From Candidatus Iainarchaeum sp. (GTDB lineage: Archaea > Iainarchaeota > Iainarchaeia > Iainarchaeales > JAXPJC01), in assembly GCA_016187745.1 (NCBI GenBank), contig JACPJC010000006.1, positions 32,001 to 96,000 of the forward strand: a stretch of 64,000 nt of DNA, in the 5' to 3' direction. Each line of letters starts with the position of its first letter. The stretch's first letter is position 1. Below, in pieces: positions 9,388-19,296 of the stretch. Under the pieces are notes generated by a model, which was not told where the DNA came from, made no database searches, and saw nothing but the letters and a program-made list of their open reading frames with translations. The translations under genes and the position numbers were made by a program.

Positions 9388-10506
9388 GTGACAAAGAAGC
9401 ATAAGCCAAGAAGCGGAAGCTTGCAATTCTACCCCAGAGTGCGCTCTGCAAAGCCTGTCGCAAATTTCACAACATTCCCGAAAATAACGGATGGCGCATC
9501 AAAGCCCATGAGCTTTTTCGGATACAAGGCCGGAATGCTGCATGTGATGGCGAAGGATTTGTATGACAAGTCCGCAACTTACGGGCATGAGCTGAGAATT
9601 CCCGCAACAATAGTTGAGGCGCCCCCCATGAAGGTTTTCGGAATCCGCGCATACGGGGATTCCTCAAAGGGAAAATATGCGCTTACTGAAATAATTGCCG
9701 AGAAATTTGACAAGCATCTGGGTAAGAGGATAAAAAACTTAAAGGGAAACGGCGATTTCGGGAAGATTGAAAAATTAAGGGACAGGGTTGTTGAAATAAG
9801 GCTTATTGCGCATGCGCAGCCGCACCTGACGGGAATAGGGAAAAAAATGCCCGAGGTAATGGAAATTGCGCTTTCGGGGGATGTGAATGCGCAGACGGAC
9901 TATGCTAAAAATATTCTGGGGAAAGAAATTTCAGCGAAGGATGTTTTTTCTGACAATGAGATTGTGGATGCGAGGGCCGTAACATTGGGAAAGGGATTCC
10001 AGGGCGTTGTGAAGCGCTTTGGTGTAAGAACATTGCGCAGAAAATCAAAGAAGGAAAGGATGGTTGGAAGCATAGGGCCATGGAACCCGAGCCTTGTGAT
10101 GTGGACCGTTGCCCGCGCTGGACAAATGGGCTATCACGCAAGGGCGGAATACAACAAGCGCATACTTAAGATTTTTGAGAATCCCGCGGAGCTGAATCCG
10201 AGCTCGGGGCTTGAGGGCTATGGGACATTGAGGGGCACTGCAATTCTTGTCGCCGGCTCGCTGCCGGGGCACATAAAAAGGATTGTCGCGCTGCGCAAGG
10301 CGATAAGGAAGCCGCACATTGAAAGGAAATTGAGCGAAATTACATTCATATCAACAAGGCCTGAAATTGCAAAAACTTCTGAAGAGGAAGCCGCAGTGCA
10401 TAAGGTAAGGGCTGAAAAGAAAGTTGAGAAGGAAGAGAAAAGCGTGAAGGATGAGATTGCAATGGCAGTAAAGGGGGAGAAGGAAAAGAAGGAAAAGGAG
10501 AAGTAA
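9388..10506 (+). CDS. rpl3: 50S ribosomal protein uL3
   Basis: PRSGSLQFYPR, GYKAGM, GKGFQGVVKRFG, RAGQMGYH. Confidence 0.96.
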   Translation: MTKKHKPRSGSLQFYPRVRSAKPVANFTTFPKITDGASKPMSFFGYKAGMLHVMAKDLYDKSATYGHELRIPATIVEAPPMKVFGIRAYGDSSKGKYALTEIIAEKFDKHLGKRIKNLKGNGDFGKIEKLRDRVVEIRLIAHAQPHLTGIGKKMPEVMEIALSGDVNAQTDYAKNILGKEISAKDVFSDNEIVDARAVTLGKGFQGVVKRFGVRTLRRKSKKERMVGSIGPWNPSLVMWTVARAGQMGYHARAEYNKRILKIFENPAELNPSSGLEGYGTLRGTAILVAGSLPGHIKRIVALRKAIRKPHIERKLSEITFISTRPEIAKTSEEEAAVHKVRAEKKVEKEEKSVKDEIAMAVKGEKEKKEKEK

Positions 10507-10524
10507 AAGCGGGAAATGATTTTT

Positions 10525-11346
10525 ATGAAAGAGGCTAACGTATTTTCAGTTTCTGGGGAAATGGCGCATTCCATAAAGCTGCCCGAGGTATTCAATGAGC
10601 CCTACCACCCTGAGCTTATAAAGCGCGCGGCGCTTTCCGCTATTTCAGCAAGATTCCAGCCCAAGGGGACATACCCCGATGCGGGAAGGGAAGTTGTTAC
10701 TGAATACAGGAGTCTGCGCTCTCTCCCTGCAATGGAGCGCACTATGAATGTTGACAAGGCGCGCAAGCCCAGGACAAAACACAGGCGCGGGCTGCTTGCG
10801 GGAGATGTTGCAGCAATCCCGGGAGTTGTTGGAGGCCCAAAATCACACCCCCCTAAGGCGATTAAAACACTCCATGAGAGGATAAATGAGAAGGAGAGAA
10901 GGCTTGCAATAAAAAGCGCCATTGCCGCATCATGCGACAGGAAGCTTGTAATTGCGCACGGCCATAAGATTTCCGAAGGGATTGAGCTCCCGATAATTAT
11001 TGAGAAGGGGATTGAGAAGCTGAAGAAAACAAATGAAGTGTGCAAAATGCTCAAGGCGCTTAAATTATGGCAGGATGTGGAGCGCGCGAAAAAGAAGAAG
11101 CTGCGCTCAGGCAAGGCAAAAAGGCGCGGAAGGAAATACGCAAGAAGGAAAAGCGCGCTCATTGTTGTTTCTGGCAGCAGGGAAGGAATTTACAGGGCCG
11201 CAAGGAACATCCCTGGAATTGATGTGATTGAGCTGCGCAATTTGAATGCGGAAGTTCTTGCTCCGGGCGCAAAGGCCGGAAGGCTTGTGATATGGTCCGA
11301 GAATGCAGTAAACGAACTTTCAGAAAAAGAAAAGGTAAGTGCTTAA
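10525..11346 (+). CDS. rpl4: 50S ribosomal protein uL4
   Basis: LPEVF...LIKRA, HPPK, INEKERRLAIKSA, RNIPGID, LAPG; operon position. Confidence 0.93.
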   Translation: MKEANVFSVSGEMAHSIKLPEVFNEPYHPELIKRAALSAISARFQPKGTYPDAGREVVTEYRSLRSLPAMERTMNVDKARKPRTKHRRGLLAGDVAAIPGVVGGPKSHPPKAIKTLHERINEKERRLAIKSAIAASCDRKLVIAHGHKISEGIELPIIIEKGIEKLKKTNEVCKMLKALKLWQDVERAKKKKLRSGKAKRRGRKYARRKSALIVVSGSREGIYRAARNIPGIDVIELRNLNAEVLAPGAKAGRLVIWSENAVNELSEKEKVSA

Positions 11347-11347
11347 A

Positions 11348-11782
11348 ATGGCTGAAAAGAAAATCGCAAAGAAAGGGAAGGATGCTGAAAAGCAGAAGCC
11401 TGCGATTGCCAAGGCCGGGAAAAAGACAGCGGGGGAAAAGGCGGAAAAAAAAATTGAAAATGAAGCTGCGCAGAAGGAAAAGGCGCCGGAAAAACGCAGT
11501 TTTTCTGATATTGAGAAGGAGCTTAAGAATTTTGAAATAATTAAGTTCGCGCTCATAAGCGAGAAGGCAGTGAACATGATTGAAAGGGAAAACAAGCTGA
11601 CATTCATAGTGAACCAGAGTGCGGACAAGCCCTCAATAAAAAGGGCGATTGAGGAGATGCACAAGGTGAAGGTAGATTCCGTGAAGGTAATAAGGGACAG
11701 GAAAGGCAGAAAGAAGGCGATTGTAAAAATAGGAAAGGGCTTCAAGGCAAGCGATGTTGCAACAAGGCTGGGTGTGATATAG
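11348..11782 (+). CDS. rpl23: 50S ribosomal protein uL23 with K/A/E-rich N-terminal extension
   Basis: SEKAVNMIERENKLTFIV, KKAIVK, ASDVATRLGVI. Confidence 0.93.
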   Translation: MAEKKIAKKGKDAEKQKPAIAKAGKKTAGEKAEKKIENEAAQKEKAPEKRSFSDIEKELKNFEIIKFALISEKAVNMIERENKLTFIVNQSADKPSIKRAIEEMHKVKVDSVKVIRDRKGRKKAIVKIGKGFKASDVATRLGVI

Positions 11783-11783
11783 C

Positions 11784-12503
11784 ATGGGAAAGAGACTTAA
11801 ACAGCAGCGCAGGGGAAAGGGCAGCCCGATGTTCATAGCAAGGCACGGCATTGCTGATGTCGAATATCTGCCAATAACTCCGGAACAGAATGAGGGAACG
11901 CTCAGGGGTAAGGTTGTTGATTTGGTTCCTGATAAAGTCAGGAGCGCTGTGCTTGCGGATATTTTGTTTGAGAACGGGCTGCGCTCATATATGATTGCGC
12001 CGGAAGGGATGTTTGTGGGGCAGGAACTTCATTACGGCAGGAAAGCGCCATTGGAAATAGGGAACGTACTGCCATTGAATGAGATTGCGGAGGGCTGCCC
12101 GATATTCAATATAGAAAAGCGCCCTGGAGATGGGGGGTGTTATATTAAAACTTCCGGTATTTATGGATATATTGTAACAAAGGAGCCTGGAAGGGTTTAT
12201 GTAAAGCTGCCGAGCGGAAAAACGGTTGAGATTTCCCCGGAATCGCGCGCCACAATAGGGAATATTTCCGCGGGGGGAAGGACTGAAAAGCCCATGCTCA
12301 AGGCAGGAACGCATTATCATGCGATGCACGCAAAGGGCTACCATTACCCCGGGGTAAGGGGCGTTGCAATGAATCCTGTTGACCATCCGTTTGGGGGCGC
12401 GCAGCACCATGCGGGAAAATCCAAGAGCGTTTCAAGGCATGCCGCTCCAGGGCAGAAGGTTGGGGCAATAGCAAGCAAGCGCACAGGGAGAACAAAGAGG
12501 TAG
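11784..12503 (+). CDS. rpl2: 50S ribosomal protein uL2
   Basis: MGKRLKQQRRGKG, VRGVAMNPVDHPFGG. Confidence 0.97.
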   Translation: MGKRLKQQRRGKGSPMFIARHGIADVEYLPITPEQNEGTLRGKVVDLVPDKVRSAVLADILFENGLRSYMIAPEGMFVGQELHYGRKAPLEIGNVLPLNEIAEGCPIFNIEKRPGDGGCYIKTSGIYGYIVTKEPGRVYVKLPSGKTVEISPESRATIGNISAGGRTEKPMLKAGTHYHAMHAKGYHYPGVRGVAMNPVDHPFGGAQHHAGKSKSVSRHAAPGQKVGAIASKRTGRTKR

Positions 12504-12509
12504 AGGCAA

Positions 12510-12917
12510 ATGGTAAAAAAGGATTTTGCATTCCGCGGGCATCCTATTGAGGAACTGCTAAAGCTTTCTGACAAGGACTTTTCCAAGCTCATATGCTCAA
12601 GGTCCCGCAGGACTCTGTTGCGCAGCGGAATGGACAAGAAGATTGAGAAGAAAATCGAGAAGGCGCATGCGCTCTTGCAGCAGGGAAGGGAGGCAAAGCC
12701 CATCCGCACGCATCTGCGCAACATAATTGTTGTGCCGAGGATGGTCGGATTGAGGTTTGCAGTGCACAGGGGAAACACATTTGAGATTATAGGGATCATG
12801 CCGGAGATGCTCGGGCATTTCCTCGGGGAATTTGCGCTTACAAGGAAGAAGATGATGCACGGGAGAGCGGGAATCGGCGCGACAAAATCATCAACCGCGA
12901 TAACCGCAAGAGGATAA
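12510..12917 (+). CDS. rps19: 30S ribosomal protein uS19
   Basis: IRTHLR, MLGHFLGEFALTRK, GIGATKSS. Confidence 0.96.
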   Translation: MVKKDFAFRGHPIEELLKLSDKDFSKLICSRSRRTLLRSGMDKKIEKKIEKAHALLQQGREAKPIRTHLRNIIVVPRMVGLRFAVHRGNTFEIIGIMPEMLGHFLGEFALTRKKMMHGRAGIGATKSSTAITARG

Positions 12918-12929
12918 AGGGGAAGGAAA

Positions 12930-13406
12930 ATGGTAAAAAGGGATTATAATTTTGATTTTTCCGCCGTAAATCCGAAAAGGAGCGCGAGGGCAATACTGGC
13001 AAACCAGCCGGTTTCGCTGAAATATTCCGTTGAGCTTTGCAGGGAACTGAAGGGAAAAAGCACGAAGAACGCGGAGGCCTTCCTCAATGACCTGAAGGAA
13101 ATGCGCGCGTTTTTGCCATTGAGGAAATACCGCAAGAAGGTTCCGCATCGCGCCGGGGAGCCTAAAAGCAAGGCAAAGGCCGGGCGCTATCCCATAAAGG
13201 CTGCGGCGAAATTCCTGGATCTGCTGAAGCTTGTGAAGGCAAATGCGGATGTTAAAGGATTGGATGCGGGAAAGCTGCGAATAGTGCACCTGTTCGCTTC
13301 CCAGGGCTTTCACAGGAGAGGCATGCAGGCGCAGGGAAGAATCTCCGGAAAACAGCGCAAGAGAAAATCAACGCACCTTGAAATAGTCGTGCAAGAGGCG
13401 GGATAA
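12930..13406 (+). CDS. rpl22: 50S ribosomal protein uL22
   Basis: VSLKYSVELCR, GRYPIKAA, THLEIVV. Confidence 0.94.
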   Translation: MVKRDYNFDFSAVNPKRSARAILANQPVSLKYSVELCRELKGKSTKNAEAFLNDLKEMRAFLPLRKYRKKVPHRAGEPKSKAKAGRYPIKAAAKFLDLLKLVKANADVKGLDAGKLRIVHLFASQGFHRRGMQAQGRISGKQRKRKSTHLEIVVQEAG

Positions 13407-14152
13407 TGATAGAAAAGGCATTCATCAGGCAGGGGATAAAGAATGTGCAGCTTGAGGATTACATGAGGAAGCAGCTTAAAAGCGCGGGATTCACGCGCCT
13501 TGAGATTGTCAAAACGCCTTTAGTAACGAGGATTGTTGTGAATGTGACAAATCCCGGGCTTGCGATAGGGAAGGGCGGGCAGAACATAAGGACGCTTACA
13601 AAGGAGCTTGGGGAAAAATTCGGGATTGATAATCCGCAATTGGAAATAAAGGAGATTGAAAAGCCGCAGCTTGACGCGCAGGCGATGTCGGATTTGCTTT
13701 CAAGCCTTATTGAAAGGGGATTCTCATGGAGGAGCGTTGCATTCAAGATTGTAAGGGATATAATGAACGCGGGCGCATTGGGAGTGGAAATAATAATTTC
13801 CGGAAAGCTCGGGGGGAAGGGCGCAAGGAAGAAAAAGCAGAGGATTGCGCTCGGATACATGAAGAAGGCGGGGGAGCAGACAAGGCTTGTTGATGCGGGA
13901 ATGAAGACTTCTTACCCGAAGCAGGGCGCAATAGGAATAAAGGTAAAAATAATAAGGCCTGATGTGATGTTCCCGGATAAAATAAGGATAAGGGACGTAA
14001 TAGCGAAGAAAAGGGCGGATGAGGAAAAGGAGAATGAGAGAATCGCAAAAAGCGCGGAAGACGCTGAAAAGGCGCAGGCAAAGGAAGCCCCTGTTGCTGA
14101 AGAGGCTGCTGTGAAGGGAGAGGCTGCAGTTAAAATAGAGGAAGGCAAGTGA
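13406..14152 (+). CDS. rps3: 30S ribosomal protein uS3
   Basis: KH motif PGLAIGKGG, GALGVEIIISGKL. Confidence 0.95.
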   Translation: MIEKAFIRQGIKNVQLEDYMRKQLKSAGFTRLEIVKTPLVTRIVVNVTNPGLAIGKGGQNIRTLTKELGEKFGIDNPQLEIKEIEKPQLDAQAMSDLLSSLIERGFSWRSVAFKIVRDIMNAGALGVEIIISGKLGGKGARKKKQRIALGYMKKAGEQTRLVDAGMKTSYPKQGAIGIKVKIIRPDVMFPDKIRIRDVIAKKRADEEKENERIAKSAEDAEKAQAKEAPVAEEAAVKGEAAVKIEEGK

Positions 14153-14153
14153 A

Positions 14154-14390
14154 ATGGCGCTTAAGATAAGGCAGATAAGGGAAATGGCGGTTCAGGAGGC
14201 AGAGGAGAAGCTGCTTGAGATGCGCGCTGACCTTGCGAAGGAGAAGGCGCTTGTGGCAAGCCACACGAAGCAGGAAAACCCGGGGAAGATAAGGGCGCTG
14301 CGCAGGGCCGTTGCAAAAATACTGACAATTGTCAATGAGAAGAAGAATTCAGGCGATAAAAAAATAAAAAACAGGGGGAAAAGCGAATAA
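14154..14390 (+). CDS. rpl29: 50S ribosomal protein uL29
   Basis: NPGKIRALRRAVAKILT. Confidence 0.92.
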   Translation: MALKIRQIREMAVQEAEEKLLEMRADLAKEKALVASHTKQENPGKIRALRRAVAKILTIVNEKKNSGDKKIKNRGKSE

Positions 14391-14695
14391 TGGAAGAAGT
14401 CTGCCAGATATGCGGATTGCCTAAAAACATCTGCGTATGCACGCAAATAACAAAGGAAGCGCAGAAAATCAAGGTAAGTGCGGTAAAGCGCGCATTCGGA
14501 AAGATAATAACGACAATATCCGGAATTGATGATGTGCAGACCGCAAAGGAGCTTGAAAAAATAATGAAAAGGAAGCTTGCGTGCGGCGGAACAACGAAGG
14601 GAAAGACAATAGAGCTTCAGGGGAATCATAAAAGGAAAATAAAGGAAATACTGGTGGAACAGGGATACAAGGGGGAATCAATAGATGACAATTAA
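14390..14695 (+). CDS. translation initiation factor aIF1 (SUI1)
   Basis: CQICGLP..C.C, KLACGGT, IELQGNH. Confidence 0.93.
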   Translation: MEEVCQICGLPKNICVCTQITKEAQKIKVSAVKRAFGKIITTISGIDDVQTAKELEKIMKRKLACGGTTKGKTIELQGNHKRKIKEILVEQGYKGESIDDN

Positions 14696-14987
14696 ATATT
14701 TGATAAATGGGTCGAACCTTCCGGCGCACGAGCTCATAGGGCTGGATGCGAAAGTGGTAAAAAGCGCGGATGTGAACAAGGTGGGGCTTTCAGGAAGGAT
14801 TGTGGATGAGACAAGGAACATGTTTGAGATTGAGAAAAGGGGAAAAACAATGAGGATTCCGAAGCGCGAGGTTGTTATTGAATTCAGGCTTTCGGGAAAA
14901 AGCCTTGGGAAAATTGAATGCAGCAGGATAATCTGCAGGCCCGAGGACAGGATAAAGAATTATTTCAAAAAGGGCAGGGGCGCATAA
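14685..14987 (+). CDS. rnp1: RNase P protein subunit p29
   Basis: HELIGL, GRIVDETRNM, IPK, RPEDRIK. Confidence 0.92.
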   Translation: MTIKYLINGSNLPAHELIGLDAKVVKSADVNKVGLSGRIVDETRNMFEIEKRGKTMRIPKREVVIEFRLSGKSLGKIECSRIICRPEDRIKNYFKKGRGA

Positions 14988-14989
14988 AA

Positions 14990-15316
14990 ATGGCTGAAGA
15001 GCAAAAAAAGGAAGTTATCGGAAACGCAGTTTCTGATTGCAAGGATTTGAAATGCCCGGTTCACGGAAGCGTAAAAGTGAGGGGCAATATGTTTGAAGGA
15101 ATTGCAATAAGGGCAAAGGCGCCGAAAACAGTGATTGTTGAGCGCTATCTAATGCAGCATGTGAGGAAATACGAGAGATACAAGAAAGTTAGGTCGAGGA
15201 TTACGGCGCACAAGCCGGACTGCATTCAGGTTGCTATCGGGGATAAAGTGAGGATTGGCGAAACGCGCAAGCTCAGCAAGACAAAGAGCTTTGTGGTTAT
15301 GGAGGTGCTTAAGTAA
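14990..15316 (+). CDS. rps17: 30S ribosomal protein uS17
   Basis: CKDLKCPVHG, KYERY, GETRKLSKTKSF. Confidence 0.95.
   Translation: MAEEQKKEVIGNAVSDCKDLKCPVHGSVKVRGNMFEGIAIRAKAPKTVIVERYLMQHVRKYERYKKVRSRITAHKPDCIQVAIGDKVRIGETRKLSKTKSFVVMEVLK
15010..15039 (+). repeat. hairpin micro-element family A, copy inside the rps17 N-terminus
   Basis: ggaagttatcggaaacgcagtttctgattg, 29/30 to 9316-9345. Read in frame as EVIGNAVSD. Confidence 0.8.
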
Positions 15317-15714
15317 TGCGCGCAATAACAGCAAGAAGGGCGAAGAGCCTCCAGCACCGCTCAAACTGCTTTTGCACCGACAATTCGGGGGCAAAGGAAG
15401 TCAGGTTTGTCAGCGTAATAGGGCTGCACACGCGCAAGAAGATGTCCCCGAAGGCGGGAATAGCTGACATGATTACTGTTGTAATAACAAAGGGCAAGCC
15501 GGAAATGCGCAAGAAAGTTGAGCGCGCGATAATTGTAAGGACAAAGAAGGAATTCCGCAGGCCTGACGGGATGAGGGTAAAATTCGAGGACAATGCGGTT
15601 GTGCTCGTTGATGAGAAGGGATTGCCGAAGGCAAGCGAAATAAAGGGCGCAATAGCAAAGGAAGTCGGGGAGCGCTGGCCCAAGATTGCAGGAATTGCCG
15701 CGGCAGTAGTTTAA
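15316..15714 (+). CDS. rpl14: 50S ribosomal protein uL14
   Basis: DNSGAKEV, RRPDG..VKFEDNAVV. Confidence 0.96.
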   Translation: MRAITARRAKSLQHRSNCFCTDNSGAKEVRFVSVIGLHTRKKMSPKAGIADMITVVITKGKPEMRKKVERAIIVRTKKEFRRPDGMRVKFEDNAVVLVDEKGLPKASEIKGAIAKEVGERWPKIAGIAAAVV

Positions 15715-15733
15715 ATGATTTAAGTGTGATAAA

Positions 15734-16096
15734 ATGGAAAAAACAACAAAGCCCGGAAAGCAGAGAAAAAGGGCATATGGCGCGCCACTGCATGAGCTGC
15801 AGGGCTTCATGCATGCCGCGCTCAGCAGGCAGCTGAGGAAGGAATTGGGGAGAAGGAGCCTCGGGCTGAGAAAGGGCGACAAGGTGAAAATTACAAGCGG
15901 GGCGCACAAAAAAACAGAGGGAAAAATAATTGCGGTTGACAGGAAGAAGGGGCGGATTTTCATTGATTCGCTTAAAAGAAAAAAAGTTTCGGGAAAGGAG
16001 ATTTCAATTCCAATAAGGGCGGGAAATGCTATGCTGATTGAGCTTGAAAAGGGCGATGAGAGAAGGCTGCACGCGAAAAAAAAGGAGAAGAAGTAA
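15734..16096 (+). CDS. rpl24: 50S ribosomal protein uL24
   Basis: PGKQRK, KOW motif RKGDKVKI. Confidence 0.93.
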   Translation: MEKTTKPGKQRKRAYGAPLHELQGFMHAALSRQLRKELGRRSLGLRKGDKVKITSGAHKKTEGKIIAVDRKKGRIFIDSLKRKKVSGKEISIPIRAGNAMLIELEKGDERRLHAKKKEKK

Positions 16097-16097
16097 A

Positions 16098-16820
16098 ATG
16101 GCGAGAAAGGGCGCAAATAGGAAGCAGAAAAGGCTTTCCGCAAGCAGGGCGTTGTTTGCGATGAGAAAGACCAGCAAGTGGATAATGTCCACAAAGCCCG
16201 GGGCGCATCCGAAAGGGAATTCCGTCCCGCTCGGGTTTGCACTGAGGGAGCTCCTGAATTATGCCGGAAACGCGAAAGAAATTAAGATGCTGCTGAATTC
16301 AGGGAAGGTGCTTGTTGACGGGAAAGTAAGGAAGGGGCGCAACATGCCGCTGGGGATATTTGATGTTGTGGAGCTTCCGGAAATTGAAAAGCGCTACAGG
16401 GTCTTGTTTGATTCGAAGGGAAGGACAATGCTCAAGGAAATTCCTGCAAAGGGAAAGCTGCAGAAGCTCTGCACTGTTGTGGGAAAGCATGCGACAAAGG
16501 GAAACAAGATGCAGATTGCAACAAATGACGGGAGGAGCATTGCTGCCTCAGGGGCTGATGGGATTTCAGTGCATGATTCGCTGCTTATAGAGCTCCCAAG
16601 CCAGAAGATTGCCGCGAAATTCAGGATGGAAAAGAATTCCCTTGTTTACATAATTTCTGGAAAGCACGTTAATGAGCATGCGAGAATCCTCGATGTTGGG
16701 GAATCAACAATGAAGAGGCCGAAGCTTGTAATGCTTGAGAATGAGAGCGGGGACAAATTCAGCACGCTGGCTGAGAACATATTTGTAATAGGGGCGGAAA
16801 AGCCCGCAATTGAAATGTGA
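16098..16820 (+). CDS. rps4e: 30S ribosomal protein eS4
   Basis: KRLSA, PGAHP, VLVDGKVR, ENIFVIG. Confidence 0.94.
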   Translation: MARKGANRKQKRLSASRALFAMRKTSKWIMSTKPGAHPKGNSVPLGFALRELLNYAGNAKEIKMLLNSGKVLVDGKVRKGRNMPLGIFDVVELPEIEKRYRVLFDSKGRTMLKEIPAKGKLQKLCTVVGKHATKGNKMQIATNDGRSIAASGADGISVHDSLLIELPSQKIAAKFRMEKNSLVYIISGKHVNEHARILDVGESTMKRPKLVMLENESGDKFSTLAENIFVIGAEKPAIEM

Positions 16821-16825
16821 TTGAA

Positions 16826-17338
16826 ATGGCAGAGAACAATATGCGCAGTATAAGGGTTGCGAAAATAGTCGTCAACATGGGCGTCGGGCAGACAGGGGAG
16901 GAACTGAAAAAGGCAATGACAATACTTGAGAAAATAACAAATTCGAAGCCGGTTCAGACGCTCTGCAAGATAAAGCAGCCAACATGGAACATAAGGGAAG
17001 GGCTGCCTATTGGGACAAAGGTTACGCTGCGCGGGGAAAAGGCGATTGAGTTTTTGAAAACCGCATTTCTTGCGAAGGAGAAGGCGCTTGAAGCAGGGAA
17101 TTTCGATGAAAGGGGCAATTTCGGCTTCGGGATTGCGGAGCACATTGACATGCCGAATGCAAAGTATGACCCGAAACTCGGAATCAGGGGATTTGATGTC
17201 CTTGTCGCGCTGGAGAGGGCGGGTTACAGGATAAAGAGGAGAAAGCGCGGAAAGCACAGGGTAACAAAAAACCACATCATAGCAAAAAACGAGGCGATTG
17301 AATTCATAAAAAATAATTTCGGGGTTGAGATTAAATGA
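16826..17338 (+). CDS. rpl5: 50S ribosomal protein uL5
   Basis: KIVVNMGVG, PIGTKVTLRG, GNFGFGI.EHID. Confidence 0.96.
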   Translation: MAENNMRSIRVAKIVVNMGVGQTGEELKKAMTILEKITNSKPVQTLCKIKQPTWNIREGLPIGTKVTLRGEKAIEFLKTAFLAKEKALEAGNFDERGNFGFGIAEHIDMPNAKYDPKLGIRGFDVLVALERAGYRIKRRKRGKHRVTKNHIIAKNEAIEFIKNNFGVEIK

Positions 17339-17487
17339 CTGAAAGAATCAGCATCGGGAAGAAAAACAAGAGGACCTGCAAAATCTGCGGGAATGACAAG
17401 GGCCTGATGCAGAAATATGATATTGGGATATGCAGGCGCTGCTTCAAGGAGCGCGCTGATAAGATGGGTTTCAGGAAATACACTTAA
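17335..17487 (+). CDS. rps14: 30S ribosomal protein uS14 (zinc type; absent from the ORF track)
   Basis: Hand translation MTERISIGKKNKRTCKICGNDKGLMQKYDIGICRRCFKERADKMGFRKYT, 50 aa. Confidence 0.93.
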   Translation: MTERISIGKKNKRTCKICGNDKGLMQKYDIGICRRCFKERADKMGFRKYT

Positions 17488-17498
17488 GAGGGGAAAAA

Positions 17499-17888
17499 AT
17501 GACTTCGGACCAACTGATGAATGCTCTGATAAGCATAAAGAACCATGACGCAAAGGCGAAGAGGGAATGCATTGTAAGGCCCGCGAGCAGGCTGCTCGGG
17601 GAAGTCCTGCGCCTTCTGCAGAAAAACTCGTACATAGAGGGCTATGAGTTTGTTGATGATGGAAGGAGCGGGGTTTACAGGATTTCGCTGCTCGGAAAAA
17701 TAAACGAGTGCAAGGCTATAAAGCCGAGATATGCGGTAAAAAGGGACGGGTTTGAGAAATATGAGAAGCGCTATCTCCCCGCAAGGGACGTTGGATTGAT
17801 ATTTGTTTCAGCGCCTTCAGGGGTAATAACGCACACAGAGGCGAAAAAGCGCGAAACCGGGGGAAGGCTGCTGGCATATGTTTATTGA
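17499..17888 (+). CDS. rps8: 30S ribosomal protein uS8
   Basis: INECKAIKPR, YLPA, GGRLLAYVY. Confidence 0.95.
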   Translation: MTSDQLMNALISIKNHDAKAKRECIVRPASRLLGEVLRLLQKNSYIEGYEFVDDGRSGVYRISLLGKINECKAIKPRYAVKRDGFEKYEKRYLPARDVGLIFVSAPSGVITHTEAKKRETGGRLLAYVY

Positions 17889-17906
17889 AGTCATTGAAGT
17901 GAAAAC

Positions 17907-18437
17907 ATGAAAAAATTCGAGAAAATAATTGAACTGCCGGGGGATGTCTCCGCGCAGCTGCAGGGGAAGAGCCTTTCGCTCAAATGCAATAATGCGGAGA
18001 ACAGCAAAAAATTCAAGGCGGCAGGAATAGGGCTTTCGCTCGATGGGAACAGGATCATAATTTCCTCGGACAAGGCCGGAAAGAAAACAGATGCGGTTGC
18101 AAACACGCTTGAGAAGCATATAAAAAACATGATTCAGGGATTAAAGGAAGATTATGAATACAGGCTTTCTGTTGTTTATTCGCATTTCCCGATAAGCGTT
18201 GCGGTGAAGCAGGGCATTGTGGAAGTGAATAACTTCCTCGGGGAGAAGAAGCCGCGCAGGGCAAGGATATTGGGGAAAACAAGGGTTGAAATGAAGGGCG
18301 CGGAAATAACGGTAAGGGGAAACTCCAAGGAAGATGCCGGGCAGACAGCAGCAAACCTCGAGCAGGCAACAAGGGTTTCAGCGCGGGACAGGAGAGTTTT
18401 CCAGGATGGGGTATACATAATCAAAAAGCCGGAATGA
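17907..18437 (+). CDS. rpl6: 50S ribosomal protein uL6
   Basis: YSHFP, NFLGEK, QTAANLEQ, RDRRVFQDG. Confidence 0.95.
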   Translation: MKKFEKIIELPGDVSAQLQGKSLSLKCNNAENSKKFKAAGIGLSLDGNRIIISSDKAGKKTDAVANTLEKHIKNMIQGLKEDYEYRLSVVYSHFPISVAVKQGIVEVNNFLGEKKPRRARILGKTRVEMKGAEITVRGNSKEDAGQTAANLEQATRVSARDRRVFQDGVYIIKKPE

Positions 18438-18441
18438 AAAC

Positions 18442-18834
18442 ATGAAAGAAAATGAAGGAAAAAAGAAAAGGAAGGCGCTTAAGAGGCTGATGAAGGGCAA
18501 GTGCAGGCTCCTGTTCAAGGGAAGGTTCGGAAAGCGCGATGTGAGAAGGAAGAAAAACAAGAAATGGCAGCGCTGGAGAAAGCTGCAGGGAACTGACATG
18601 ATGAAGGAGCAGGAAGACGGGAGAATTCCGGGAACAGGCTACAGGACGCGGAAGGAAATAAGGTTCATGCACCCTTCGGGATTTTATGAGAAAATGATTC
18701 TGAACCTTGCGGACCTGAAGGGAATAAATGCCGAAAATACTGCTGCGAGAATCTCCTCGAAAATCGGGAAGAAAAAGCGCATTGCAATAATTAATGAGGC
18801 GAAAAAGCTCGGCATAAAGCTGCTGAACGCATAA
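18442..18834 (+). CDS. rpl32e: 50S ribosomal protein eL32
   Basis: WRKLQG, GYRT...HPSG, GKKKR; position between L6 and L19e. Confidence 0.88.
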   Translation: MKENEGKKKRKALKRLMKGKCRLLFKGRFGKRDVRRKKNKKWQRWRKLQGTDMMKEQEDGRIPGTGYRTRKEIRFMHPSGFYEKMILNLADLKGINAENTAARISSKIGKKKRIAIINEAKKLGIKLLNA

Positions 18835-18856
18835 GGATGCATAAGGGGAATTCAAA

Positions 18857-19285
18857 ATGGACATAAGGAAAATAAGGAAAATTGCTTCCGAGCTTCTCGG
18901 AAGCGGGGAAACCCGCGTGTGGATTGACCCCGAGAAAACAGCTGAAATTTCAAAATGCATTACCAAGGATGACATAAGGGCGAAAATAAAGGAGGGCGCA
19001 ATAAGGAAAAGGGAGTCCGCATATGCGAGCAGGGGCAGGGCAAGGGCAAGGCACAAGAAGAAAAAATTGGGGAGAAAGCGCGGCTTCGGAAAGAGGAAGG
19101 GCGGAAGGAATGCGCGCTCGGGGCAGAGGAAGTCCTGGATAAGCAACGTCAGGGCGCAGAGGAAAAAAATAAGGGAGCTTAGGGAAAAGGGCGCAATAGA
19201 CCAGAAGAAATACTCAAAGCTCTACAAGATGGTGAAGGGAAATTACTTCAAGGGGAAGAAATACATTGAGGCATTCATAAAATAA
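18857..19285 (+). CDS. rpl19e: 50S ribosomal protein eL19
   Basis: RVWIDP, ITKDDIR, GKRKG, LYKMVKG. Confidence 0.93.
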   Translation: MDIRKIRKIASELLGSGETRVWIDPEKTAEISKCITKDDIRAKIKEGAIRKRESAYASRGRARARHKKKKLGRKRGFGKRKGGRNARSGQRKSWISNVRAQRKKIRELREKGAIDQKKYSKLYKMVKGNYFKGKKYIEAFIK

Positions 19286-19296
19286 GGCGGGAAAAA